From positions 11,235 to 75,234 of the IMG/VR virus record IMGVR_UViG_3300037485_001404: DNA of 64,000 nt; one strand, given 5' to 3'. Each line of letters starts with the position of its first letter. The first letter of the stretch is position 1. The stretch is from a virus. The notes below the pieces were generated by a model that was not told the origin of the DNA, did not search any database, and was given only the letters and a program-made list of their open reading frames with translations. The position numbers and the translations under genes were made by a program. This document shows positions 20,858-30,768 of this stretch, piece after piece.

Positions 20858-21724
20858 TTATTCTCCAAATGCAAGTGGCACTGCGGCCATGATTGCGTCA
20901 AGCTGCAGGACAGAAGCTGTAAAGCCAGTAGTCCACGCAGCACCGTTACAGGTTCTGACAAAGCACTGCAAGGGACCAGTGATTACGCCATTCAATGACG
21001 CAACACGCTTGTTATTCAGATGAACAACCGTATTGGCATCCACACCGTTGGCATTGTATCCGTATTCCATCCTAAGTCCGAAGGACCCAGAAGAAGGAAC
21101 CTCGAATACATCAGACTCAGTAATCGTTCCAGATGTCGTCTTACGCAGACGAATTTTACCCTTACCTGATGCAATCTGAATAGCCAGGAACACATTGCCA
21201 TCACCAGGTTCTTTGGCAGGATCGGCAATATTGGCCTTAGTAGCCTGTGAACCCATAACGCCGAGTTCAGCATAAGTTACACCGGATGCCTGTGAAGAGC
21301 CAGTAAGACCGGCAATATCCCAAGCACATTCAAAAGAAGCATCAGAGGTGATCCACAAAGCATTATCCTGGATAACTGCCATGCCTTCAGAAACGGCAGC
21401 AGCTCCAAGCACAAGACGGCCACGGTGAGTGGCTGCTGTGGGATCGATAATTCCCGTACCAGTGACAGCACCAGCGGCGCTGGTATAGATAGCCAAGATC
21501 TGGTTGGAATTGTAGACGTAGTAAGGGTCGGCTGCGCCATTCACAGGACCTACGATGAAAGTCGTAGGAGTTGCAGTGGCTGCAATAAGCTTACCTTGAA
21601 ATGATTCACACAGACCAGAAATAATACCGGACAGGGCCAAGCCTGACCAAGAGAAACGGCTACAGGCAAGATGCCGGTTAAGGGCATCCATTTGCAATTT
21701 CGTAGTTCCAAGTTGACGTGTCAT
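20858..21724 (-). CDS. Putative capsid decoration/minor structural protein
   Basis: 288 aa, Ala/Gly/Thr-rich beta composition, just downstream of the major capsid gene. Confidence 0.5.
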   Translation of the reverse strand: MTRQLGTTKLQMDALNRHLACSRFSWSGLALSGIISGLCESFQGKLIAATATPTTFIVGPVNGAADPYYVYNSNQILAIYTSAAGAVTGTGIIDPTAATHRGRLVLGAAAVSEGMAVIQDNALWITSDASFECAWDIAGLTGSSQASGVTYAELGVMGSQATKANIADPAKEPGDGNVFLAIQIASGKGKIRLRKTTSGTITESDVFEVPSSGSFGLRMEYGYNANGVDANTVVHLNNKRVASLNGVITGPLQCFVRTCNGAAWTTGFTASVLQLDAIMAAVPLAFGE

Positions 21725-21762
21725 GATAACTCATTCCTTCTGAGTTAATTGTTTCGGTCCAC

Positions 21763-22557
21763 TCATGGTGTTCCCATGAGTTTCATCTTACGTTTTTCAG
21801 ATCTAGGAACATAACCCATCAAGAATGCTATATCGAGATGTTTGTTTCTCTCTTCTATAGCTTCCTCAAGGGTATTAAAGGTACCAGCTCGTAGCGGTTT
21901 TCCGCCTCCATACACTGCCGCAGAAACCTGGACAATATACTTGCTGCCCTTTTTGTTTATCCAAAGCATATCAGGATTACTGTACGGACCAGGATCTGGC
22001 TCCCAAACTTCTTCCGTAGAGTCTGGAAAATTAAGTCTAGCGTACTCCCCGAAAAACTTACGGGCATAGGTATCATAGCACTTAGCTGCCCGTACTTCAT
22101 CGTGAAAGAAACCAAGATTCTTTAGAATCTTTTCGACCCTAATCATTACTCGATACTTGCCTGTACCTTCATCCCAGAACACACCTTTATAAAAAGAGCT
22201 AGTCTTAAAATCGCTCCTCTTCCTGTTTTGCTGATTCTGAGTAGTATCTACTATCCTGAGATTACACTTTCGATTGTCTAGAGTGTTTCCATTAATGTGA
22301 TCTACTATCTTGCCGGAAAGGAAAGGTAGTCCTAGCACAAAGTGGCTTAGTTTGTGGATACGTTGATCATACCCATGCTCAGCCACTCTCTTGTGAACCG
22401 AAATCCTTTCCTCCCCGACACCCCCCTGAACGCTGCAGTAGCGAGCGAGCTGGCACAGCCACTTGAACGGGCTAGCCCTCTCAAAGTCTTCGCTATCAAT
22501 CAACGCCTCGGCGATCACTTCGTTACTTCTCCAAACCTTCAACATTGCTGTAGTCAT
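21763..22557 (-). CDS. HNH endonuclease with AP2-like DNA-binding domain(s)
   Basis: IVDHINGNTLDNRKCNLR (HNH) and YKGVFWD...KYRVMIR...LGFF...AAKCYD...FFGEYARLNF (AP2). Confidence 0.9.
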   Translation of the reverse strand: MTTAMLKVWRSNEVIAEALIDSEDFERASPFKWLCQLARYCSVQGGVGEERISVHKRVAEHGYDQRIHKLSHFVLGLPFLSGKIVDHINGNTLDNRKCNLRIVDTTQNQQNRKRSDFKTSSFYKGVFWDEGTGKYRVMIRVEKILKNLGFFHDEVRAAKCYDTYARKFFGEYARLNFPDSTEEVWEPDPGPYSNPDMLWINKKGSKYIVQVSAAVYGGGKPLRAGTFNTLEEAIEERNKHLDIAFLMGYVPRSEKRKMKLMGTP

Positions 22558-22625
22558 TCCGCCTCTCTCCTTTCAGAAAGAGGCTAACATACTCCAGCAA
22601 CAAGATCAAGACGCCTCAGCAAAGT

Positions 22626-24449
22626 CTATAGAATAGATATGCTGAAATTCCGTGCATAACAGGTGTCACGCAGGTTCTCTACGGTATTTTCGCCCATTAT
22701 TGTGAAGTATGACTCAATAGCGTTAGTTCTACGGCCAGAACTATTCAGGGACAGGAATGCCTTTTGCCCGTCTGCTTCAACAGGCTCCATCTCTCCGCCG
22801 TACATCTGCAGAGAGTCTTTAGGCATACCAACAACGCGGTCAAGGCGCTGCGAGCTATTCATGTTCATCTCGTAGGTCTTGGTGCCAACTTCAATCAGCT
22901 TGGCAGAAGTACCACGAATACCCTTACCGTCCGTAATTCTACGGTCGGTTTCGGACAGGGACAGGAACGAGCTATAGACCAAGGGATTCATGTCCAGCAG
23001 ATTGAACTGCGTCACTTCCTTGGAATTAGGATCCTTATCCCGGTTACGGACAAAGTGCTCAACCAGCGTTGAGAACAGAGAGTTGAACGTCATAGGCTGA
23101 CCATTCAAATCCTTCTTCGTAGGCAGGTACTGCTGGACCTGGTACCGAGGGATACCATGAACCATTCCGGTTTCATTATACAGGAGGGTTTCAATACCTG
23201 TCATAATGTAAGGGTTGATCATGGAAACATCGATCTTGGTAACATCAGCAAGGGTATCAACAACTGGATCCCAGCCAAGGCCGAGCATACGACGGGCAGA
23301 GTCATAATCGTCCGAGGTATTGAGGTACGTGCTGTTGGTGAACGAACTGAAGTCCACATTGCCCGTTGCCCAAGCTTGCGCTCCCGTAGGAACATAACCG
23401 GGAAGAACAACGAACGTAGCAAGAGGTGTCGTAGTAGCACCGCCACCGCCCATTGAGGCAGGGGCAAACACGCCGTAGAAGTTGATTGCCGTAACAATCG
23501 AAGGTGCAGTCTGGGTGTTATCCCGACCGCGATACAGCGTAGCCGTAACCGCTCCCGTTCCGTCACACCACATGGTAGACGATCCGCCCTGTTGAACATG
23601 CTGATCGGCAGTCCAAGTAGTGTAGGGAGTGTAAGTAGTACCATGGTTAGCTGCAGCCCGACGAGCAGGTGCAACCAGCACTTCATTAGAAGACTGGTTC
23701 ACACGGACAACTCGGAAAGCATCGAAGAAGTTGATATAGCTTCCCGTTGCAGACTTGAAACCGATAGTCAAGAACCGAGGAATACAGGTTGCAAGAGCTT
23801 TGTTCACGGTATTGGTAACAGCTTCATCGTAGGAAGCATACATCAAGGAAATGACCATGCCTTCCATAAGGTGAGCGGCGGCACCAATTGCAGTGTCAAC
23901 GCCGGAGAGCTTAATCTTCAACAGCGTGGTAGGACTTGCGAGTGAGAACGTAGTATCCGTCGTACCATCTGCGCCCTTGTTCAAAGCACCAAGGCCGATC
24001 GGCGTAGCCATACGGCCAGTACCATCGCCCAATTGCTGAAGGTTGAGGAAAGACTTCTGGAACAGTGTCTTCTGTTCATACTCAAGCTTCATGTGGGAGA
24101 CATAAGCTTTCTTCTCGTTGTCGGTCAACTTTGCGGTAATCTTGTCGAAGTACATCGTCATCGTCTGGTACTTCGGCACTGCAAATCCCTGGATACCATA
24201 TGCACGATCGTTATGTGCAAACGTACCACCTGTCTGAGCAAGACCACCAAAGGCAAAACCACCCGGATCAACCGTCAGATGATAGCGAATCTCTTTTCCG
24301 CCAGCCCACTCTTTACGCTTGGTAATAGAGTCAAGACCTGACACTGTACGCCAAAGAACCTTGGAGCCATTTTCCTGTACAAACTTCAGAAGGTCTGAAG
24401 ATGTAAACTGTGCATTCGAGAACTGTGAGGCTTGAGATACATTAGGCAT
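22626..24449 (-). CDS. Major capsid protein (HK97 fold, P22-like) with large insertion
   Basis: Follows scaffold and portal; LGDGTG and TGIETLL...HGIPR motifs; 607 aa. Confidence 0.8.
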   Translation of the reverse strand: MPNVSQASQFSNAQFTSSDLLKFVQENGSKVLWRTVSGLDSITKRKEWAGGKEIRYHLTVDPGGFAFGGLAQTGGTFAHNDRAYGIQGFAVPKYQTMTMYFDKITAKLTDNEKKAYVSHMKLEYEQKTLFQKSFLNLQQLGDGTGRMATPIGLGALNKGADGTTDTTFSLASPTTLLKIKLSGVDTAIGAAAHLMEGMVISLMYASYDEAVTNTVNKALATCIPRFLTIGFKSATGSYINFFDAFRVVRVNQSSNEVLVAPARRAAANHGTTYTPYTTWTADQHVQQGGSSTMWCDGTGAVTATLYRGRDNTQTAPSIVTAINFYGVFAPASMGGGGATTTPLATFVVLPGYVPTGAQAWATGNVDFSSFTNSTYLNTSDDYDSARRMLGLGWDPVVDTLADVTKIDVSMINPYIMTGIETLLYNETGMVHGIPRYQVQQYLPTKKDLNGQPMTFNSLFSTLVEHFVRNRDKDPNSKEVTQFNLLDMNPLVYSSFLSLSETDRRITDGKGIRGTSAKLIEVGTKTYEMNMNSSQRLDRVVGMPKDSLQMYGGEMEPVEADGQKAFLSLNSSGRRTNAIESYFTIMGENTVENLRDTCYARNFSISIL

Positions 24450-24452
24450 TTA

Positions 24453-25652
24453 TTAGCCCTTTCTTAATTTGAGTCGTCCTTGATCCATACCCTTCAAAAC
24501 TTCTTCAAAAATTCCAACAGGGTTATCTTGGTCCGCAATCAGTCTTTTCATGCCTGTTTGATTGGCTGCGGGCTGACGCTGTGAAGTAGAAGACTGAATC
24601 CTTGATAGATTCTGCTCTTTCTTGCTTTGCGTAGCTTGTCCGACTTCTCTATCGACGTTTCTAGTGGGTTTATCCTGTGAGATCAGTTCCAGAATTGGTT
24701 TGATCTTCAGGTTTAGCATAGCATCGAGTGTCTTGACTGTGACCACTTCTTTCCTACGAGTCTTGTCTCTTGCTTCCATCATAACATATTTCATCTGATC
24801 TTCAATAAGCGACATGTATTTTTCTGGGACCTTAGAGCCAAGCAGAGATCTCTTACCATCGAGCCACGATCCAACGGTGTGCCGGTCGGCATCCATCGCC
24901 GCCTTCCTTCGATCTTCGACCAAAGCGGCCTCTCTCTCGGTCAGAGCATCCATCTTAGCCTGAAGCGCAGCATAATTCTTTAGCTTCTTCTGGGTATCTC
25001 TTTGCTGGGGATCTTGATTGAGTTCTTCTGCTTTAGCCATGATCCATTGTCTGACTACTTCATCGTCAAGGTCCTCAGTAAAGATATTCAACAGTCTATG
25101 AGGATCTTTTTCAAGCATATTGTCTATATTGTCGAGAGATTCTCTATCCTTTCTAAGAACATCTGTTTCTTTCTTCAGTGCTTGATAGTTAGAATAGACT
25201 TTATCAGCTACGATAGCTTTGGACACAATAGTGTTAAGCTGTTCAGGGGTACTAATATCGAAATCGTACTGCTTGCCGTCAATCTCTTGGCTGAATTTGT
25301 GTTTAGTGAAATCTGTCTTATTTCCTTTTTCATTAGCGGGTCGGTTTTCCGTAGAGGATCCATCTTCTTTAATAGATTCTGCTGCAGTGTCATCAGTTGA
25401 CTCACCATCTCCCTCCTCATCACCTAGTCCGAGGAAATCTTCTTCCGTAGCAGCTCTACCGGACTGAGATTCAGTAAGATTTGGCATCTCTTCTGATTCA
25501 AGGCCCAGAAGCTTTTCCATATCCGCAAACATTGACTGACTATCTGTGTATCCACCTTGAGGAACACTCGGGGTAGACGAACCTCCTCCTGAATTAGGAG
25601 TAGGTGCTGCCCCACTTTGAGCTACCGGGGTATTTTGTACGTTATCTGCCAT
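24453..25652 (-). CDS. Capsid scaffolding protein
   Basis: Acidic disordered N-terminus, EIDGKQY motif, coiled coil; lies between portal and capsid genes. Confidence 0.75.
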   Translation of the reverse strand: MADNVQNTPVAQSGAAPTPNSGGGSSTPSVPQGGYTDSQSMFADMEKLLGLESEEMPNLTESQSGRAATEEDFLGLGDEEGDGESTDDTAAESIKEDGSSTENRPANEKGNKTDFTKHKFSQEIDGKQYDFDISTPEQLNTIVSKAIVADKVYSNYQALKKETDVLRKDRESLDNIDNMLEKDPHRLLNIFTEDLDDEVVRQWIMAKAEELNQDPQQRDTQKKLKNYAALQAKMDALTEREAALVEDRRKAAMDADRHTVGSWLDGKRSLLGSKVPEKYMSLIEDQMKYVMMEARDKTRRKEVVTVKTLDAMLNLKIKPILELISQDKPTRNVDREVGQATQSKKEQNLSRIQSSTSQRQPAANQTGMKRLIADQDNPVGIFEEVLKGMDQGRLKLRKG

Positions 25653-25673
25653 TGCTGTTTCTCCTATATGCTA

Positions 25674-27662
25674 TTATATTGTCGGACCTTGCATCGTATC
25701 TACTGGAGTTGGAGGTGCCCTAGCCGGAGGTGGTGGCTCATTTCCAAATGGTTCACCCTGATCTTGACCGGCATTTTCTCCTCCTGCCTGCAGAGGTTTT
25801 TGTTTGGCCAATTTCTTAGCCAATTCCTCGGTGTGTTTCTCACCGTGTGCCCAAATAGTCTCTTTAAGCTCTTCTTCTAGTGCCTCGAAGGTTGCACTGT
25901 GTATGAATTCATCCACCATGATAGCATGTGCTTCATGATCGTCCCATTTACGAACTTCTACCTTCTCTCCCTTCAGGATCTTAGTAATCTCTGCATCCTG
26001 CAATTTAGCAGACTTCTCAAAGATATTCTTTACATCCAACATGCTACCATCTACGAGCAAAGGTCCAATCTTACGCATATCCCCACCAGCCTTCTCAAAG
26101 AATCCACTCTTGATGAATTCAAGGAGTTGCTGTTTACGTGCTGCCGGGTCTACGGGGATGTACTGACCATAGTCTACATCAACTCCGTAGTCTCCCTTGA
26201 TATCGGCTACACTGAAGAATTCATCATTGGCAAATCCTTCAATTCCTGTAACCTTGAGCTTTCTAGTATCTGTCATGAACTGTTTGGTGATCTCAAGACC
26301 CATAACATAGATATCACGAAGGAACTGTTTCTTCTTATTGAATAGCCGAATTCTATATTTATCATCCATCTCTAGTGCCATCTGGACAGCATAAGAAGAT
26401 AGCTCACGAGGGATTTGACCCTGAGAAAATTCATTCATACCGTACAGATTGTTTATCCATGCCTGAAGGATTTCATATGCTCGCCATACATCAGAAGTAA
26501 CATTGGAAGGCTTAAACTGAACAGGTTGAGCGCCAAGAGCAGGGTTGAAAGTACCAATGGCAGATGGGTCATTAGTATCCATATCATCATTGGTAGCGCC
26601 TTCTGGCTTCAAGAATTTAGCTGAACCGTGGAGTGAGATATTCTCCATGATCTGAGTGATCAGAGAATCGATGCTTTTCTGTATCTGCCAAGCGTATACG
26701 ATACGGCTCATGCCAAATACATTACCTGGGATATCAATATCTGTAAGCATTGCGTAAGGGAGTCGCCTATGCTTAAAAGTATTGTTTTCCCTTCTAAGGA
26801 TCTTGGGAGCGATAGGATCAAAGAAAAACACATGTGCTCCAAGGAAACCATTCCAAGGTTTACCTGGTTCCCAGTACTCATAGATAGTGAGCTTTGTCTT
26901 CTTCTTTTGTTCAGACATCTCCCCTATCTCTTGGTCATTTGAGACAGCTTTCATGTGGGTATCGATCATGGCTTGTTCTTCGGGCTTATCAAAAGAGAAC
27001 ATAGCCTCAGAGTATTCTATCTCTCGTTCTTCTATAGCATGATTTGCTTTTGCCAAGCATGAAGCGTTGGCATCGGGGAAAAACTTATCTGGCATGATAT
27101 TCCGAAGTTCGTAGTCACCTTCCATCTTGAAATCTACAGTGGTGATATCCACGTTCTCAGGGATATCATCCAAAGGAAAATCTCCCCCGTCTGGATTCCA
27201 TCCAACATAGAGGATTCCATTCCCGTACACTGAAGTATTTAGATATGGACCTGATTCAAGTTCTTCCTGTAGACCTGTATGCTTCTTGAAATGTGGGATG
27301 TATGCCTGAGCATTCTCTGCCGCTTTCTTATTGGTAGAGTCTTGATTCAGCGGAGTACAGGTCACTACTGGTTCTGAAACACAAAGTTTGGAATGCAAGA
27401 AAAGAACAGCCTTTATAAGGTCTAATCCTTCTATGTTCAACGGAGTTGTTTCACCCTGAGGAGGTTGAAACAAAGCATTTGTCAATAGACCTGTATCTAA
27501 TCCACCTTGAGAATATTCGCTGATTCCTTGATGGAAATGCTTGCACGCATCAAATTCTATCTTCATGATATCTTGTTTGTCTTTAGACTCTTTGTATTTA
27601 CTTGCGATTGAGGCGCACAGTTCCTCATCATTAAGGATTCTTACCCTGGCCATGGCTATCAC
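25674..27662 (-). CDS. Portal protein
   Basis: 662 aa after TerL; FFPDANA, TIYEYW, WDDHEAH motifs and a Pro-rich tail typical of P22-like portals. Confidence 0.85.
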   Translation of the reverse strand: MIAMARVRILNDEELCASIASKYKESKDKQDIMKIEFDACKHFHQGISEYSQGGLDTGLLTNALFQPPQGETTPLNIEGLDLIKAVLFLHSKLCVSEPVVTCTPLNQDSTNKKAAENAQAYIPHFKKHTGLQEELESGPYLNTSVYGNGILYVGWNPDGGDFPLDDIPENVDITTVDFKMEGDYELRNIMPDKFFPDANASCLAKANHAIEEREIEYSEAMFSFDKPEEQAMIDTHMKAVSNDQEIGEMSEQKKKTKLTIYEYWEPGKPWNGFLGAHVFFFDPIAPKILRRENNTFKHRRLPYAMLTDIDIPGNVFGMSRIVYAWQIQKSIDSLITQIMENISLHGSAKFLKPEGATNDDMDTNDPSAIGTFNPALGAQPVQFKPSNVTSDVWRAYEILQAWINNLYGMNEFSQGQIPRELSSYAVQMALEMDDKYRIRLFNKKKQFLRDIYVMGLEITKQFMTDTRKLKVTGIEGFANDEFFSVADIKGDYGVDVDYGQYIPVDPAARKQQLLEFIKSGFFEKAGGDMRKIGPLLVDGSMLDVKNIFEKSAKLQDAEITKILKGEKVEVRKWDDHEAHAIMVDEFIHSATFEALEEELKETIWAHGEKHTEELAKKLAKQKPLQAGGENAGQDQGEPFGNEPPPPARAPPTPVDTMQGPTI

Positions 27663-27931
27663 CTCGGTGTTCTAGTGAACCTTTGTTTGAGCTGTGTTTC
27701 TGCCTTCTTCTTCTGCAGAATTTTAGTTTCATTTTCATAGATAGAGAGCACTTTTCCGAGAGTGTCAGTATCCTTTCGGATATTGGCAATATGCTCTACA
27801 ACGTACGAGGTCCTAACATCGATTGAATGAAGTTTCTTGTTTATCTCCATCAACCATCCCAGAATGAGTATAGAAAGGGAAATAAGGATTCCCAACATTG
27901 CTACAAATAAGATCTGTGTTCCCTCGTTCAT
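27659..27931 (-). CDS. Small membrane protein (one N-terminal TM helix plus coiled coil)
   Basis: ILFVAMLGILISLSILILGWL; overlaps both neighbours. Confidence 0.6.
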   Translation of the reverse strand: MNEGTQILFVAMLGILISLSILILGWLMEINKKLHSIDVRTSYVVEHIANIRKDTDTLGKVLSIYENETKILQKKKAETQLKQRFTRTPR

Positions 27932-29463
27932 CGTGCTCTCCTGCGTTGTAAATTACCTACCCATAGCAGATTTCTCTTTTGGAGATTCTGCTTATCAGCC
28001 TTTCTCTTTTCTACTGCATCGATATGTTTCTGCAATATTTCTTTCTTTTCGTCTACTGCTGGTTCTTCGTATTTCTTCAATGGAGTTGGCATCTGTCGAG
28101 AGAAGTACATCAGAGTGTCCAGGCAATGATCATCCTTCTTGACTACACCTCCCTTACCGTCCTCTGAATACCTGTAGTTATTGATCTGCTCCACTAACTT
28201 TGCTGCACCTACTCTGAATATCTTGATCTTCTTATTATGAAGCATATCCCGAGTACACATGATAGCTTCTTGCCTATTCTTTAACAAGCAAGGCTGAAAT
28301 CCAAGAGATCTGGACTCTGCACCGAACCAAGCTTCTGAGTTATCATATATCGAAAGGATATACCTAAACTTAGGGTGTGGTTTCTTCTTCTCAATGGCTG
28401 CTATGATATCACTAGCTGTTGCTAGTTTACCTCCACCCCAAGTGAATTCATCACCGCAAGTGCAGTACCAAATCCCTGTCGTTGGATCCTCTGCAAAGAT
28501 TCCAATTCCTGTAGTATGTGATGCGGGGTCTACAACTCTAGCTTGTCTCCAATGATTTGGGATTGGAAAATCTTCTACTATCTCGAAGTCCACATTCTCG
28601 AAAACAGCTCTTGCCTTGGGTTCTATGTACCAGTCACCGGAAATACGAGCTGCTCTTTCATGCGGGGACATGTGAGCAAAAGCGTCCATAGCTCTGGCTA
28701 GCTTTTCCGGGTTATCTCGATAGAGAGGGTTCTTATAGAATGGCCAAGAATGTAGAGAAAGCGAGCCTGATTCTACCATACCATCGAGTAAGATACGGAT
28801 GTCGTCATTTTCTACAAGAGGAGTGAAGGCAAGGTTTATACAACCGTCCTTGTCGAGAGTACGGACAATAAGTTCATTGATAATCTGAGTATCTGGAGGA
28901 AGTTCATCAATATAAATTAAGTGACAGGCGAATCCCATTTTAGTTGAGTCTTGTTGACTATAACTTTTAACCTTGAGGATGTCTCTATTCTTAAATATTA
29001 TTGAATCGATGTTTCCTTGGTTTGTCTTCTTAATATCCTCAATAAACCACGGAGGAATCATTTCAGATAAATACTGTCCCCACATAACATTGTTGACAAA
29101 ATCGATCGTCGGCCCTAGAATCCAGATTACTTCCGGTTTCGATTCGAGATATTTTATATCGAATTCCGGGGTAGACATCTTTTTCTGCCAATTCCCTTTA
29201 CACCCCCAAAGATTGTAATTGGCGCTATATGGGTGTACCCTGCATATTCTCCAAGCCAGGTCTCTCATTGCTGAGAAGGTCTTAGAGGATCTGTTCCCAC
29301 ATCTTAAGAGCTTCGCTAATGAAGGATCTTTGAAATAAGCTAGCTGCTCCTCAAAAGGCTTAGCAGTCGGGTTATTTGGAATAAAAGTGGATAGCAGTCT
29401 ACTTCTCTGCTTTATCTTTTCCTCTAAGATGGCTTCTATTAGGTCTATTCTATCATTATCCAT
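27928..29463 (-). CDS. terL: Terminase large subunit
   Basis: Walker A-like CGNRSSKT, Walker B LIYIDE, FTP coupling motif, nuclease VVDPAS and KKDDHCLDTLMY. Confidence 0.9.
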   Translation of the reverse strand: MDNDRIDLIEAILEEKIKQRSRLLSTFIPNNPTAKPFEEQLAYFKDPSLAKLLRCGNRSSKTFSAMRDLAWRICRVHPYSANYNLWGCKGNWQKKMSTPEFDIKYLESKPEVIWILGPTIDFVNNVMWGQYLSEMIPPWFIEDIKKTNQGNIDSIIFKNRDILKVKSYSQQDSTKMGFACHLIYIDELPPDTQIINELIVRTLDKDGCINLAFTPLVENDDIRILLDGMVESGSLSLHSWPFYKNPLYRDNPEKLARAMDAFAHMSPHERAARISGDWYIEPKARAVFENVDFEIVEDFPIPNHWRQARVVDPASHTTGIGIFAEDPTTGIWYCTCGDEFTWGGGKLATASDIIAAIEKKKPHPKFRYILSIYDNSEAWFGAESRSLGFQPCLLKNRQEAIMCTRDMLHNKKIKIFRVGAAKLVEQINNYRYSEDGKGGVVKKDDHCLDTLMYFSRQMPTPLKKYEEPAVDEKKEILQKHIDAVEKRKADKQNLQKRNLLWVGNLQRRRAR

Positions 29464-30035
29464 TAGCTAAGTATCTCTAATTCTTCTTGAGACATGAACA
29501 AATGAGTAACTCTCCTGCATCCTCTGACACATTGCTTAAGGTGTTCCTCCATCGTACAGAGATGGCATTCTCGTGTCTCAAGGTTAACTATGACTACAAA
29601 ATCATCGTCCCTCCTATAGGGACTAACTTTACTTGTTTTCAAATACTGTCTATACTTGCCATCTTTGGAGGTTGTTTTTACCTCTATTGTTTTAATTACC
29701 CCTTCGCCCATGTCCCAAATGAGGTCCGGTCTTCCTCTACCTCCAACTCTCTTTATATTATAGCCTAGTGACCTTAGATAGGATTCAGCGAGTAGTTCAC
29801 CCAGTACGCCATTCCTCACCGAAGCCATCGGATGATTTTCGTTACTGGGCAGTATCCCTCTTGCTCTTCTCTCCGGCACCCTTTGCCCTAATCTGCAATC
29901 GGAACAGTATTTCCCATGCCAGCGTTTCCCTTCGCAGTCCACGAAGATTTGCTGGTGGCTAGCTCCCTGTCTCCCTATGGAGGTGTGCCCCAAAGTACGA
30001 CCACAACCCTTACATGCTCTCTCTTCTTCACACAT
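29463..30035 (-). CDS. PD-(D/E)xK endonuclease with Cys pairs
   Basis: GELLAESYL...GRPDL...IEVKT; CKGC and CSDC. Confidence 0.75.
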   Translation of the reverse strand: MCEEERACKGCGRTLGHTSIGRQGASHQQIFVDCEGKRWHGKYCSDCRLGQRVPERRARGILPSNENHPMASVRNGVLGELLAESYLRSLGYNIKRVGGRGRPDLIWDMGEGVIKTIEVKTTSKDGKYRQYLKTSKVSPYRRDDDFVVIVNLETRECHLCTMEEHLKQCVRGCRRVTHLFMSQEELEILS

Positions 30036-30050
30036 TTTGAATTAGTACCT

Positions 30051-30320
30051 TTAAGGGTGTTTCGCCCGAGCTGCATTCAGCCTATCTCTTAAATTCACGT
30101 CTGAGATTTTCGTTCGCTTGTCTTTTTTCTCTTCTAGTCCGCGTTTCCTTACTGCTGCTCTAATATCTATTCGATTAGGACGAGCTGCTGAAATGGTCTT
30201 TGCATCAACGAAATCTGAAAGATTGCTGTTTTTGACCTTCTCAAGAAGTTCTTTTTGATCCTGTCGAGAAGTCATTTTCTTATCACTGTGGTTATACATT
30301 GTATGGGTATCTCGAATCAT
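30051..30320 (-). CDS. Hypothetical basic protein
   Basis: 89 aa, coupled to the upstream ORF. Confidence 0.6.
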   Translation of the reverse strand: MIRDTHTMYNHSDKKMTSRQDQKELLEKVKNSNLSDFVDAKTISAARPNRIDIRAAVRKRGLEEKKDKRTKISDVNLRDRLNAARAKHP

Positions 30321-30622
30321 TTCTTCTCCTTTTTCTCAAACTTCTTATCGCGAATCTTCTCGCGAGCTTTATTGCTGTCGGAAGTATTATCACTCCTGGT
30401 ATTCCAGTAGGCTTTTCCTCCACCTTTCTCGAAGTGAGAACCCCCTGTAACGTGAGATGCTACAGTATTCACGCCAGGATCTCTTCCAAGCTTCTGCATG
30501 AGATTCTCTCTTGCGAGAGACACTCTTTTGCCGTATCCGAATTTATCCTTGGATATCTTACTGCGGACTGACTTGTATGCTCTATTTCCGCCAGCCGACG
30601 TGAATTTGTCGCGTATGGTCAT
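30317..30622 (-). CDS. Small basic protein, possibly degenerate HNH-like
   Basis: AAGGAG RBS; ASHVTGGSH...NTRSDN pattern. Confidence 0.55.
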   Translation of the reverse strand: MTIRDKFTSAGGNRAYKSVRSKISKDKFGYGKRVSLARENLMQKLGRDPGVNTVASHVTGGSHFEKGGGKAYWNTRSDNTSDSNKAREKIRDKKFEKKEKK

Positions 30623-30654
30623 AGCTTCTCCTTTAATCTAGGGAAACACACTCC

Positions 30655-30683
30655 AGTCTAGCAGGTGCCTAGACTTTGGTCAA
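30655..30683 (-). promoter_or_regulatory. Sigma70-type promoter for the leftward structural operon
   Basis: Minus strand TTGACC-17 nt-TAGACT with TG extended -10; overlaps the inverted repeat AGTCTAG/CTAGACT (30655-30675). Confidence 0.7.
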
Positions 30684-30686
30684 ATA

Positions 30687-30715
30687 TTGCAAACTTTGAG
30701 CGCCCGTGGTATGAT
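30687..30715 (+). promoter_or_regulatory. Sigma70-type promoter for the rightward arm
   Basis: TTGCAA-17 nt-TATGAT with TG extension. Confidence 0.7.
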
Positions 30716-30720
30716 CGTTC

Positions 30721-30744
30721 AGATACTTTAGATACTTTAGATAC
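30721..30744. repeat. 9-bp tandem repeat AGATACTTT (about 2.7 copies) at the predicted transcription start
   Basis: agatactttagatactttagatac. Confidence 0.85.
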
Positions 30745-30768
30745 GCTCTCCCAAAAAGGCAGCACACA

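Noticed and set aside
21725-22625. Group I intron around the HNH-AP2 gene (likewise at 6198 and 38777)
   Set aside because: Flanking genes look complete with their own starts and stops; the gaps are too short for an intron core.
65-30571. Many plus-strand ORFs across the structural module (e.g. 8272-9045, 8706-9542)
   Set aside because: Antisense shadows of long minus-strand genes.
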